NCBI GenBank assembly: GCA_965287045.1
Contig: OZ336890.1
Coordinates: forward strand, 19,778,001-19,842,000
DNA: 64,000 bases
Source of the DNA: Carcharhinus amblyrhynchos
Lineage: Eukaryota
Direction of reading: 5' to 3'
The translations under genes and the position numbers were made by a program. Below are positions 13,301-26,000 of this stretch, one piece after another. Below the pieces are notes generated by a model. That model was not told the DNA's origin. It made no database searches and saw only the letters and a list, made by a program, of their open reading frames with translations. Position 1 is the stretch's first letter. Each line of letters opens with the position of its first letter.

Positions 13301-14862
13301 TGCCATGAGTCTGTTCCATAATTACATTAATAATCACAATTAAACTGTTTGGGCATGTTTTTAACCAACCTTTTCACTGTGAGGGATTCATTGAAATACT
13401 TGCCACTGTGGATTATATTTTGCTAAGTCTAATATTTTAGTACAAAAGGCAACAATGAACAAATATTAGGTTCCTGCCCTTGGAATGATAAGCTTATTGA
13501 AAAGTGTGTATAAAGACTGTCATTTTGATGGTGCAGGCCTTGTTCCAAGGCCATTATTGACAAATTCATGTAGCATTCTACAGCTGCGCAGTTCAATTGA
13601 AAAGAAACTATTTTCTTGAGGCTGAAGCTGGAGTTGGTGAGCTGAATAGGTTACGCAATTGAAGGGGGAAGGGGGCTTCAGAAGAAAGACTCTAACTGTT
13701 GTGCTGAATATTCTGTGGCCTTGCTTATGCTCCAGAGAGAATCTTACCATACAATGCTCATTTATGCAATTCACCCTCAGGTTGTACATACATAATTTCA
13801 TTCATGCATCACAATTTTGAAACATTTTGCTATTTGTTTTATTGTTCTTGAGTTTTTTAATATGTGGTAAAGATTCTGACACCCAACCTGCAGTCTGTTC
13901 ATTAGTAATTACACTGCACATGAGAGCTACTATTTAAGGCGTAATGGAGATGCTTACAATGCAAGCAAGAATGTTGACATAGCACAGAATACAATCACAT
14001 TGGTGACAATACAGATAGCTAGAGAAAACTACTGAATCATGAACTAAGCATGTAAATTTGACCGTTCACCATGTTTTTAGAGTAACTAAGCTCTTTTCCC
14101 ATGGTGAATGGTAGAGTTAAGCCTTTCTCTACTAATATGCACTGTTTTATTATCTGTCAGATGTGAGCTTGGCTAGAGTTTTAAAAGGTAAATAACATAC
14201 GCTTTTTGTGAACTAATCCAACAGTACCAAATGAGACAACAGCATATAGAAAAAAAGGTAACTGCATTGTACTTTAGTTTGCAAAACTGCTACCACATTT
14301 TTATTTGAGGAATGTCACACATGGAGAGAAACGAATAATGAAAATGGCACATATTAACAGAGAGCAGCTTGTTCAACCAATGAGCAGTGATTACCACAAG
14401 TAAAAATATTTGGAGTATTCGGTCGAAGATAAGCAGTACGTTTATTTGAAGTAACAACTACATTTTCTGATGGAAACTATTATACTATGAACGGTTAAAA
14501 CAGATATGTTTTTAAGAAGCGACAGTTTTCTGTGATTAAATTGTTTTATCTCAATGGCCTTTCATAGATTATGAGTCTCGCATTCATTTAGGTGGAGGAT
14601 TTAATTCACTTCAAAAGTAATTGTTTCTTTTTTTTGGGTCATTGGATGAATCCTTGGCTTAGGACATAGGCAGTCACTGGGCACTCAAGCCACCCATTAG
14701 GACTGTTTTGCCATGTAGGAGTTGCCAGGGGAGACTCATTGGTTCCTTATGTCTCTACGTGAAAGTCTATTAGCTTGGCTCCTATATCCAAAGTGAGTTT
14801 GACCATTTTCCATGAGGGAAATTATGGTTGCTAATCCTTTTTTAACTTTCAGTTAATTCATT

Positions 14863-15163
14863 TCATAGAATCATAGAATCCCTACACTGCAGAAGGAGGC
14901 CATTCAAGCCTGCACTGACAATAATCCCACCCAGGTCTTATCCCCATAACCCCAAATATTTACCTAGTCAATCCCCGACACTAAGGGCCAATTTAATATG
15001 GCCAATCAACTGTGGGAGGAAATCAGAGTACCCAGAGGAAACCCAAGCAGACACAGGGAGAACATACAAATTCCACACAAATAGTCACCCGAGATCAGAA
15101 TTGATCCAGGGTCTCTGGTGCTGTGAGACAGCAGTGCTAGTTACTGTGCCACTGTGCTGCCCA
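14863..15163 (-). mobile_element. HE1/V-SINE-type SINE
   Basis: catagaatcatagaatc tail, conserved core, tRNA-like head ending ...actgtgccactgtgctgccc. Confidence 0.9.
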
Positions 15164-15267
15164 TATTGAAGAATTTGTGGGATATAAACTATTTTGAAGA
15201 AAGGTTTAGGGCTATTTTAAAAATTGGGCAAGTCATTCTTTCCGTGATTTCAAATCTCAGTATTATT

Positions 15268-15626
15268 AATTCATTCATGAGACATGCGAGTCACTGGCTG
15301 GCCAGCTTTTATTACCAACTCTAGTTTCCCTTGTTCAAAGGGCAGTTGTGAGTCAACCACATTGCTGTGGCTCTGGAGTCATATGTAGGCCAGACCAGGC
15401 AAGGACAGCAGATTTCCTTCCCTTAAGGACATTAGTGAACCAGATGAGTTTTTCCAACATTCAACGATGCTTTCATGGTCATCAGAAGATTTTTAATTCC
15501 AAATATTCTTTATTGAATTTAAATTCCACCATCTGCTGTGGCAGGATTCGAACCTGAGTCCCCAGAACATTAGCTGAGTTTCTGGATTAATAGTCTAGCA
15601 ATAATACCACTAGGCCATCCCCTCCC
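15268..15626 (-). mobile_element. Second tRNA-derived SINE family (tail shared with the LINE at 63310-63655)
   Basis: The - strand head has an A box (TGGCCTAGTGG) and a B box (GGTTCGAATCC); core ggaaggaaatctgc; the tail matches the LINE 3' end. Confidence 0.85.
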
Positions 15627-15819
15627 TGCTCTATTAAGTATCTTGCCACAAAGGAGATTGTCAGTATGGAGCTGCTGAAAAAGACTAGAGAGAATTTCAA
15701 TCGTTGGTTCAAAATAGCTGGCAGGGGTGTTAAATATGTTTTCAGCTGCTCTGAAGTACGGAAGAAAACAATTCAGCCAAAGTTCTCATTCCTGATTGCT
15801 GCCAAAATAATAACTGTCA

Positions 15820-16038
15820 TGATGTGGATATGCTGGTGTTGGACTCGGGTAAACACAGTAAAAAGTCTGACAACACCAGGTTTAAGTCCAACCGATTTAT
15901 TTGATAGTAAACTCACTAGCTTTCAGGGTTAGTCCCTTCGTCAGGTGACGAAGGGACTAACCCCGAAAGCTAGTGAGTGTACTATCAAATAAATCGGTTG
16001 GACTTAAACCTGGTGTTGTCAGACTTTTTACTGTTTTT
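15820..16038 (-). mobile_element. Palindromic Penelope-like mini-insertion (family A variant) with an intact hammerhead core
   Basis: 89-bp arms 15855-15943 / 15946-16034 with 2 mismatches and a 2-nt spacer; ~35-nt unpaired tail 15820-15854; imperfect TSD AAAATAATAACTGTCA (15804-15819) / AAAATGATAACTGCCA (16039-16054). Confidence 0.9.
15913..15948 (-). ncRNA. Minimal type I hammerhead ribozyme motif
   Basis: The - strand reads UCAC-CUGACGA-AGGG-ACUAA-CCCU-GAAA-GC-UA-GUGA: stem I UCAC/GUGA, core CUGANGA and GAAA, stem II AGGG/CCCU, palindromic AGCU in place of stem III, UH = UA. Confidence 0.8.
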
Positions 16039-16071
16039 AAAATGATAACTGCCAAAGAAGTTTTTTAAAAA

Positions 16072-16402
16072 TTCATTGGATGTGAACTTCACTGTCTGGG
16101 CTGGCATTTATTGCCTATCCATAAGGGCAGTTAAGAGTCAACCACATTGTTGTGGCTCTGGAATCACATGTGGGCCAGACCGGGTCAGGATGGCAGATTT
16201 CCTTCCCTAAAGGACATTTGTGAACCAGATGTGAACAACCAACAATAGCTTTGTGGCCATTATTAGACTTTGAATTCAGAATTTTTATCAAATTCAAATT
16301 TCACTAACTGTCATGGTGAGCCATGAACACGGGTCTCCAGAGTATTACCCTGGGTCTCTGGATTATTAATTCAGTGACAATACCACTATGCTACTGCCTC
16401 CT
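16072..16402 (-). mobile_element. Second tRNA-derived SINE family copy
   Basis: Homologous to 15268-15626 along its length. Confidence 0.85.
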
Positions 16403-17339
16403 TGTAAGTAAAGTTAGTAAATAATGGATATCAGAAAAGGGATGCCACTGAATTTGGCTGTGATGTTCACCATGATCAGCACATTGACATAATATCTGGG
16501 CTCAGCCATAGGAAAATGGACATTTGGGTACAAAAAGACAATCTGTGCATATGATACTGTACTATAAGTCTAGCATGAGTTAATGCTTTCAAGGTGGGAG
16601 AGGTCAAAACTGAAAAAAAAAATCTGCTTCAAATGACTTTTAGGAATAGGTCCCAGGGTTACTGGCCCCTGAAAATTTTACCAGGAAACTAATAGTGAAA
16701 AGACCAATTCCCCAGCAATAGATGAATTCTTAGGGTGATAGGGGACTGAGTTATTTGTGTAATTAATGAGAAAGAGAGGGACAATAAACAGCATCATGAC
16801 ATATAAATAATATGATGACCATCATAGATTGGAGACATAGGCCCCGTCCATCACAGAAGCGGAGTGGGTGAGGGGCGGACAGTGGAAATGTCCGTCGACC
16901 TCAAACAGGATTTTACAGCTTTGGGATGAGTTAGACTGCAAAATCCCACCCATAAAGTACAAAAGAGGAATGAGTGAGAATGTCAAACATTTTCAACCAT
17001 TATGCTATCAAGAACGGTCAAAATGTGCTTGCCGTTCTGTCATATTATTTCTGTTTTCATCAATAATGGGGAATAGCCAGAAAATTGGAAGAAAAATGCA
17101 TTTCAAGAGAGTCCTTCTATTCATAGACACTCTGTGCTGGGAACTACTGACATGTGTTTCTACAGATCAGCACAAGAAAACAAAACCAAAGCTGAAGAAA
17201 TTACAATGAGGAAATTCGATAGCAAGCTTGGAAAAATATGGTAAACTGCTGAAAGTTTCTAGCCATAATGGGTATTCCCACTATAAAGAGCTGCTTCAGA
17301 ATATATTGGATCTACTTTCAGTGTACTAGTTTAAACATT

Positions 17340-20300
17340 AAGGGCTAAATATTTGTTTCCTCCCATTTACAGGATTGGGGTTCACCATTCGCAACCTGCC
17401 CATACTCAATCCCATGGAAACAGACAGCATGTGAACTTTGAGCTGCCTCCACATTGGAATGGTTGTGGTGTTCAGCTGAGCAGGAGCCATGTTGCTAGCT
17501 ATCTGAATCCTCACCTGGGGGAGTAACAGCATATGTTCCAGCTGCTCCCGACTCTCCAAGGCAGTCTGTCTTCTTAAAGGGGAATTGCTCTCATGTTATG
17601 AGGAAGCTGTTGCTTGGTGTCAGTTCTTTGTTCGTCTGCAACTGGAAACAAAAGAAATGAGTGCGAGGGGGAGCTCCTAGATTCACAGATGTAGTGCAAG
17701 AGGTCTTAGCAATGAAGGTCAAGAGGATGAAAGAGGCCATGTTTCCATGTTACCCAGGGGGAACTCCCTTAGGGAATGGGAGTAGGTGGTTATGGAAGTA
17801 AATTCCCAGAGTGTGGCTCTGGGGATCTGGCACCAGTATTGGAAGAAGTTCAGTGACCTTGCATGGGTGGTCTTCACATGGCACATTTTACCCATCACAG
17901 CACCAACTTGTCACGTTGCTCAATGCACCACAACCCTATCGCTCGCCCATCAGCAGCCCCAGGCACTCAGGCCTAACATTTTGATAATCTGCTTCGGCCT
18001 CACACACTTCACAATGCTGCCAGATTCACACTGTTACTGGCTCCACATACCTCCACTATTCAGCTTTGGCAGGCACATCACCCGAACACAGTGTAACACA
18101 ATCACTGACATTCTCCCTCCTCTCTTGCAGGACTCAATCACTTATAACAGATCAGAACAAAGCAGAAGGAGTGGGGGACAGGCACACCTGAACCATTTGA
18201 CAGATGGTCAGATGTGACAGATCCTGTTGCATCTGGTGTCACTGAAAGCATTCAGGAGTGACAATATGGTACTGCATTATGCTACTTCTCCATTCTCCTC
18301 ATTCTGCTAACTGATGTGAAGTACGAGCTGCAGCTGGTGTGATCTCGGCTCTCTTGCTCTCTATCAATTCCTTCACCCTAAATCTCCCCTTCTGGCTTCA
18401 AACAACCACCAGCTCAACCATAGCTACCTCAGAAGGAAGAGAGAGAGAGAATGACACCACAACATTGTCGAAGATGTACATAACTTCATTAGATACTCAG
18501 TCACCAGCTCAATGTGTAAAATTTAGAGGCTAGTAAGGAGTTAGGATTAGCACGTGGTAAGCCCCTAGGTATTAGTGAGCTACAGCAAGCTTGCAACCTC
18601 AGCATCCAATGTGCTTGGTCACTGGACGGTGAGGTTGCAGACCAGTTCTGCTATAGGAGACTCAGATGATGACTCTGATAGGAAAGCATACAGGAGAACA
18701 CTGATGAGAATGCATACTGAGCTATTTGGTGCATTGACAGGCCTGTCACACAGCCTTTTGTCACCATTCAGGAGCATGGAGTAGGCAGGATCTACAATGA
18801 CGCATGGCATCATGAAGAGTTTGGAGCCCACCCTTTCCAGCATGGAACTGGTGCCAATGCCATGACATCTCGTGTTCACCCAGCTTGCTGTTGCCAGTCA
18901 GCCATCCTGCTATCACCTATGTGGAGTGGTGCAGACTGAAGCCAGGCCCTTAGAGTCCAGAATGGCTTGAGAGTGTCTTGCAAGGCCACTTGCAGCTTCA
19001 ATCATTGAAAGTTAACAGCCTTCCACTGCCATGCTGCAGCCATTGGGATAGTTCTGTGAAAGGGCACTAGGGCAGGCAAAGAGTCCCACCAGACAGGCAC
19101 TAATAGTGAATAGTTCATTCCTGTTTGTATAAATGTGTTTTGAATTCAGACACTATTGAAAATGTCTTGTATTGCAGGAACTTGCTACGATGGGCTGTTC
19201 CATATGACAAGCTGAGGCTGTTTGCAGAGGGATTTTCAGAAGTGAGGTCTGAGCAGGACAGTCAGTCTGAATCGAAGGAGTCCTGCATCTTCCCTGCCTC
19301 CTTCTCCCCTTCCTCCTCTTGGCAATGACTATTCCCTCATGATGGTGATGTTGTAGAGAATGCAGCAGACCACCACGCGTTTGGAGACACAATATATGTT
19401 GCTGATCCAGTTACATTTCTGGTCAATGGTAACGCCCAGGATGTTAATAGTAGGGGATTCAGTGATGATAATGCTATTGAGTGTCAAGGGGTAATGGTTA
19501 GACTCTCTTTTGTAGGAGATGGTCATTGCCTGGCATTTGTGTGGTGCAAATGTTACTGGCTACTTGTCAGCCCAAGCATGGATATTGTCCAAGGCATGTT
19601 GCATTTGGACGTATTCTGCTTCAGTGCCTGAGGAGTTGTGAATGGTGCTGAACAATTATTAATGAACATCCCCCCTTCTGACCTTATGTGGAAGGAAGGT
19701 CATTGACGAAACAACGGTAGATGGTTGGATCTCGGACACTATCCTGGGGAACTGCAGTGATGTCTTGGAACTGAGATGAATGACTTCCAATGACCACAAC
19801 GACTTTCTTTTGTTCTTGGTATGATTCCCACCAGCAGAGAGTTTTCCCCCTGATTCCTATTGATTCCAGTTTTGCAAGGGCTCCTTAAAGCCACGCTTTC
19901 TCAAATTCAGCCTTGATATCAAGGTCAGTCACTCTCACCTCTTCTGTTGGCTGACTAGCTTTCATTATGTGTTTGTTGACTTCATATGATCACATAGTGG
20001 AAAGGGGCTATTGACAAGGTACCTCCATTGTCTCCTAGCGACAAGCCTTTGGTTCTTCTTGGGGATCCAAAGATAGCAGGCCCAGTAGAATCCCACCTAC
20101 TGCCAGGATGGTGGCCATTCACTGATGTTATGACTTGCGCATGGTCACATACCAATTGTACGTTAATAGAATAGTAGCTTTTGTGATTATTGTTCCCATG
20201 TGAGATTCTCAGATCCACGTGTGTAGTCAGTGGTTGCCTGCACCATCAGGAATCCTGCTGCCCTGGTAATGACTGGATCCTTCTCATTCTGCTTCCTCCT

Positions 20301-21142
20301 GGTTAGAGGGATTACAATGCAGTCACCTCTCATCGCCTATAAGCCCTCTGTCATCTGCTGAATGAAGTGATTGACAACATACTGGGTGGTAGGCATTAAA
20401 TCGTGTAGAGGTTTAGTGCAACTGTGGCTGTAGACAGTGCTGTCCTTGCTCTGGTCTGAGGCTGCAGGGCTCTTTGAAGGAAGGGGCACAGTTCAGTGAA
20501 GTGTCCTTGCTGGATCACTCACCTCAGGCATTGCTCCTAGCTGAGATGGAGGTACGAGCAATGCTTTCTGAAAACCTGTGCTGGACAGGGCTTTCTCTGG
20601 ACAGGCTTCTCCTCCTCTGAGACAATCTTGCCCTCTCTGCTGTTACTGACACATTTCTTGGTGATGTTTCAGATTCACAGGCACTTCGATAGTTCCTCGA
20701 CATCTCTAGGTCTGTCGCAAAAAAATCAATTCCCTTACCATCCCTAATGGATGCACCAATTCACCAGCAGCCTTCCAAAAGCAAGCCACAACATTCCCAC
20801 AACCTTTTCCACGGCAAAAGAAAGTCAAAAGAACATCCTCTCCAAGTCAAATGGCTTGCCCTTTGAACAGTGCTGGTGTGGGAAGTTCCTATTCAGCTGG
20901 ACATTTAGCAACAAATGATAAGGACTCCAACTGAAACTGTGCGGCTCAAGTTACAAAGACGTGTATTAAATTAGTCGCAATGGCTGAATGGCATCTCCTG
21001 ACACTTCTGGGTCACGCATGACACATCTGCAGTAGTCACTTCCCAACAAGAGATGTTAAGGCAGAAGTGACCAGCTGTGCAGCTCTAGCCACGTCTCTGG
21101 AGCACTGGCACCAGTGACCCTGCAGAACCCAGTTTCACAGCC
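17340..21142. mobile_element. Decayed two-gene PIF/Harbinger DNA transposon: Myb/SANT gene (+, from ~17660) convergent with DDE transposase (-, ~19980-20660)
   Basis: The + strand gives APRFTDVVQEVLAMKVKRMKEAMFP and VVMEVNSQSVALGIWHQYWKKFSDL (Myb/SANT). ORF 19982..20218(-) gives NHKSYYSINVQLVCDH...PGSRWDS...GLSLGDNG (HARBI1-type). Outer boundaries are uncertain. Confidence 0.78.
19325..19945 (-). mobile_element. CR1/L2-group LINE RT fragment inserted in the Harbinger relic
   Basis: ORF 19329..19526(-) YPLTLNSIIITESPTINILGVTIDQKCNW is an RT thumb-region motif; the adjacent - strand has LDIKAEFEKAW, a degenerate LDIKAAFDxVW. Confidence 0.78.
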
Positions 21143-21388
21143 AACATCTTTTAGACAAAACTCAATATTATTATCTAATAGGAAGGAGAAGATGTTAAGG
21201 TTACCGGTTCCTTTATGCCATCTACAAAACATGGTGTAATGTGGCAAGGTTACAACACCGCATAGAAACAGACATATCGTGTCAACGTGTCCTTAGATAG
21301 TGGGACACTCATTGTAAATCTCAAGTTCATTCTCTTGGTCTTAAATAGAAGGAACAAGCAAATGCTGAATTATTACCAATTTCTATTG

Positions 21389-21550
21389 CATAGAATCATA
21401 GAACCCCAACAGTGCAGAAGGAGGCCCTTCAGCCCATTGAGCCTGCACCAACAACAATCCCACTCCAGCCCTATTCCCTCGTAACCCCGTAACTGCTAAT
21501 CCGCTTGACACTAAGGGGCAAATTAGCATGGCCAATCAACCAAACCCACT
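21389..21550 (-). mobile_element. HE1/V-SINE 3' part
   Basis: catagaatcatagaacc tail and gacactaaggggcaaattagcatggccaatc. Confidence 0.82.
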
Positions 21551-21648
21551 GTGATTTCAGGATTGAAAGGTAAAGTTAATTCCCATAATTATGATGACAA
21601 AACATTGTGACTTGTGCAGTTACTGTTGCTATGTTTCAAACTGTAACA

Positions 21649-21808
21649 CAGTAAGAAGTCTCACAATGCCAGGTTAAAGTCCAACAGGTTTATTTGGTAG
21701 CAAACTGGTGATGTTTGCTACCAAATAGACCTGTTGGGCTTTAACCTGGTGTTGTGAGACTTCTTACCATATTTACCCCAGTCCAACGCCAACATCTCCA
21801 CATCATGA
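21649..21808 (+). mobile_element. Palindromic Penelope-like mini-insertion (family A; ribozyme core absent)
   Basis: ~55-bp inverted arms plus 3' tail; TSD CAAACTGTAACA (21637-21648) / CAAACTATAACA (21809-21820). Confidence 0.87.
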
Positions 21809-23039
21809 CAAACTATAACATCCAAATGCTCTCTCCAGACTCATTCCTTGTCATAGCTTGGGGCGAATGCAGTGCCAGAAATGAGTGTGATTGAAGTGCT
21901 TTGTAGTGTTATAGATGTTGCACAATTTCACTTATGTCGGTGCTTAGAGGCATTGGAGTGCTCAACCAGTTTATTAAAAATTGGACTCAGATAAAACCCT
22001 TGAGGAAATCAATCTTCCTGGTAGGTCTTCTTGAAATTTGATGATGGGAAATATGTTGGCACCCAGTTGCTTCAGAATGAAATACAGGAAAGTACTTGCC
22101 AATCTTAAATGGGAACTGCAACTGAAAGATTTATTGCAAGTGAATGCATTTGACTTCGCCAATTTCTTCTTCTCTTCTGGAAGAGGCGATCAGCACATTA
22201 TGTTTTTAGTAAGTGTTTTGTTATTTTGTTAATATGATGAAGATGGGGACCATACTAATTGCCAACAACAGAGCAACGGAAAATCTCAAGAGGCCTTTGG
22301 GAGTACCCCTCAGAAAACATCTTTGAAACAGGAACCTTTCTCTGCAGCATTAAGTGTGGAATATTTCCAAGGGAAGATCTGAATGACTGCAGTGTTACTG
22401 GGGAATTTGTTTCACAAAATAAAAAGCCCCAACATTTTCCAGAATTTCACACCTCCCTGTCCATTGCTAATTCAGGAGAATTTTCAAATTTCAGCTCTTA
22501 TTAGTACTGTCATGCCACAGCAAAGCAGTAGAATGTGACTGTAACACTCAGGAAAGCTCATGCAGAGAGTTCTTAATTGCTCCTGATTCATCATGTGGGG
22601 ACAGGGCTGGTGGGAAAGTTGTTGAAGCCATGGGAGGGGAAAGCAAACAGTTAGTCACCCCAGACTGAAAGTCCAACTGGTAACAGAATCCTGTGTAAAT
22701 AAAACGAATGTGACCATCAGAACATATTGCCAAAGAGGCCAGAGTTCTGATCAAAGTTGGGCCTCATTGGCACAACAGGCAAACCAATCTGGCATTCTCC
22801 AAAAATTTCTGGACCCTGGTGGAATGCCGCAACTCTGCCAATGGTTCTCAGCACAGGATCGACAGCAGGAGCAGATGGATTAGTCACTTCTGATGCTAGG
22901 CCATTGTTGGCACTTTCTTCTGCCTTGGCACTGAAGCCAGAGGCTCCCTTGGTCCAGCCCTGGACATCGAAACCTCAGACTCAGAAGCTGGTACAGACAA
23001 AATTTATATGAGGCCCACTTGTTTGTCTCCTGGCGTTGC

Positions 23040-26000
23040 CTCTACCTTCTTATGCAGTTGGTCGACATGCCCCTTGACTTGATGGCCCCGTGCCTCCACC
23101 ACAAACGAGACTGACCCCAACAACTCCTCAATCTTCCCTGGCACCCAGGCAGGCCTGCTGTCAAAATTCCTTACCAAATGTTGTCAACATTAAACAATCT
23201 GTTTCCTTTCTGAGAGTCATGATATTCTTCCTGAGAAGCTTGCTCAGCCTACACCTTCCCCGACAAATTTGGGAACACCATGTCTAAATGGGTATGTAGT
23301 GCTGACCTATTAGCAATTCTGCAAATGTGACCTCATTGATGGCGTGAGACAAAGCGTTGTAGGACAGCAAAAAAGCTCACCAATCACAATGGCCAATAAG
23401 CCTGCTTCTTTATAGAATCTTTGAACATCTACGTGGCTCGCTCTGCCAACCCATTTGAGGCAGGATGGTAAGGGGCCAGGCTGACATTACAAATGCCATT
23501 AAACTTGGCAAACATCTGAAATTCACCAGTCATGAATGCTGCTCTGTTGTCTGATACTAACACTTCTGGAAGACCATAGATCGTAAAGATCTGCTTCAGT
23601 TTATTGATGGCGGATGTAGTGGTGGTGGATCGCATGAGTTGAACATCTAGCCATTTGGAATGGGCATCTACTAGGCTTAGGAACACATGTCCCATAAACA
23701 GCCCACGGACTGCCCGGCCATTCCCAGGTGTACAGGTTTGCTATTGGCAGTAATGTTTGCTGATAAATTTCACATTGCCTAACCATTTCTCCGTCAATGC
23801 CAGGCCACCAGATGTAGCGTCTGGTCAACATTTTCATTTTGGTCTGACCAGTAACATCATTATGTAACTCTTGGAGAAGTGGCCATCACCCCCAGGGTTG
23901 TACGATAACACGAGCCCCCCACCATAGCAATTCATTTTTGCAGATTATCTTGTCCCTGCTTTACAAATACAGCTTCATTTGCTCTGCCTTGTCAAAGTGC
24001 CACCCTGTCAGCATCATTTTCTTGAACTTTGACAGCAATGGGTCCCTATCTGTCCACAACTTAATGTGGGCTGCTGAGGCAGGGGGCCCAAGAAGTGCAA
24101 AGCCAAATTATCTCCTGCGGAACACGTGGTTATGGTATGGTCTGTAACAGTGGGAGGCAGCTAAGTGCATCTACATTTGAGACTTCTATTCCTAGCCTAT
24201 GCTGGTGGGTATAACTGTATGCTGCCATCAGCAAGGCCCACCTCTGCACCCTGGCCAAGGCACTAGGCAGCACTGGCTTATCCTCACAAGAAAGCCCCAA
24301 CAATGGCCCATGGTTCGACATGATGGTGAAATGATGTCTATAAATGTAGTGGTGACATTTCTTCACAGTGTAGATGACTATGAGGTTTTCTTTGTCGATT
24401 TGTGAGTGCATTTTCCCATTGCCTGACAAAATCCTTGAAGCAGATGCAATTGGCCTCTCCACTGAATCTATCATTTCTATGGGATAGACTTGCTCTAACT
24501 CCGTATGATGAGGTGTCACAAGTGACTACTAATGGCTTGGTCAGTCGAAGTGAACAAGAAATGTTGACGATTGTAAAGCCTGTTTGACTTGGACAAAAAC
24601 TTCTTTCTGCATGTTTCCCTACTTAAAATGATGAAGTTTTTTTTCAATAGCTGGTGTAGGGGAGCAAAACTGTTGCTACATTAGGTAAGACCCTTCCATA
24701 ATAATTGACCTTCCCAGGAAGGACTTTAGTCCTGTCAAAGTCCTAAGGGCAGGTACTCCCTTAATAACTTTCACCTTGCCTTCAAGGGGATGCAACACTT
24801 TGCACCATTTTGAAACTGAAGTACTAGTCCTATTATCTTAAAAAGTACATTTCTCATATTTTCAACATGCGCCAGCTTCTTTAATTCTATTGAGGACATC
24901 CTCCAGGTTTGCACCATGCTCCTCCAGAGAAATGCCTGTGATCAAAACCTTGTCTAAATATACCGCTAGTTTGGGGATTCCTCGTAACAGACTTTCAATG
25001 GTGCACTGAAAAAAGCAGGCTGACAAAACACCAAAAGACAATCGAGTGTGCTGATATAAAATAACCACGCGGGTATTTATTGTAACCAGCTTCCTGGAGT
25101 TTTCTTTCCATTCCAACTGTTGATGAGCATGACTTAGATATAACTTGGCATATTTGAAACTACCTGCAAATCTTTCATGGAGGTCCTCAATCCTCAGAAT
25201 GGGGTAACAATCCAGCTGAACTCTCCCATTTACCATTATTTTGTAGTCCTCGCAGATCCTCACTGTGTGGTCTGGCTTCAGGATGGGTGCAGCCCATTTG
25301 GGAAACAGCACAGGCTTGATAACACCCAGGTTTTCCTGCCACTTCCATTCAACCTCTTACATAATGCATATGGCATTGGGGGATCTCAAAAAACCTAGGT
25401 GTAACCTCAGGGTTTAGGTAAATTTTAGCTTTAACCCCTGTACCTGACCCAGTTCTCTCTGGGATATCTCCTGATATTTACTTAGGAGCACTTGGAATCC
25501 CATTCTTGACATTAGATATTTCCAGCCAGTTCAATTTTATTTGTTTTAACCAGCCCCGTCCCATGAGACTGGGCCTCTGTCCTTCAATCACCATGGTGGG
25601 TGGCTGAGCTGACTGGTTGCCCAATTCACTCAGTCACTTGAGCCACTTCCACAGCTTCTTCTAGTAAAACCTTGATTTCAGCAAGCAGTTTCTTTTGGAT
25701 GTTGAGGTTGTTGATCCCACAAACCAAATGATCCCTCAACACATCTCCTAATGGAGGGCTGAACTCGCAGTGCTAAGCCAGTCATCGAAGTCTTGCAACG
25801 GAGCTGGTGACTGTCTTTCCTGGATCCCTAACAGCAGAGTGAAATTTGTGCCTTTATATGATAACAAAAGCTTAGGGGTTATAGTAATCCATAACTAAAG
25901 TGACTGGTCAAAGGTTTTGTTGTCTGAAGCTTCATGTGATGTCAAACTCCTCACTAGGTTGTAAGTCTGAGGGCCACAGATTTTGAACCTTCTGTTTTGC

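Noticed and set aside
15530-15626. tRNA-like sequences with A/B boxes (also at SINE heads such as 60420-60492)
   Set aside because: Each continues directly into a SINE body and none forms a convincing cloverleaf; not tRNA genes.
19-21142. Inverted similarity between GGCTGTGAAATACTGGG (19-35) and CCCAGTTTCACAGCC (~21128-21142) as TIRs of one 21-kb transposon
   Set aside because: The match is short and imperfect with no matching TSD; more simply, these are termini of two separate related elements.
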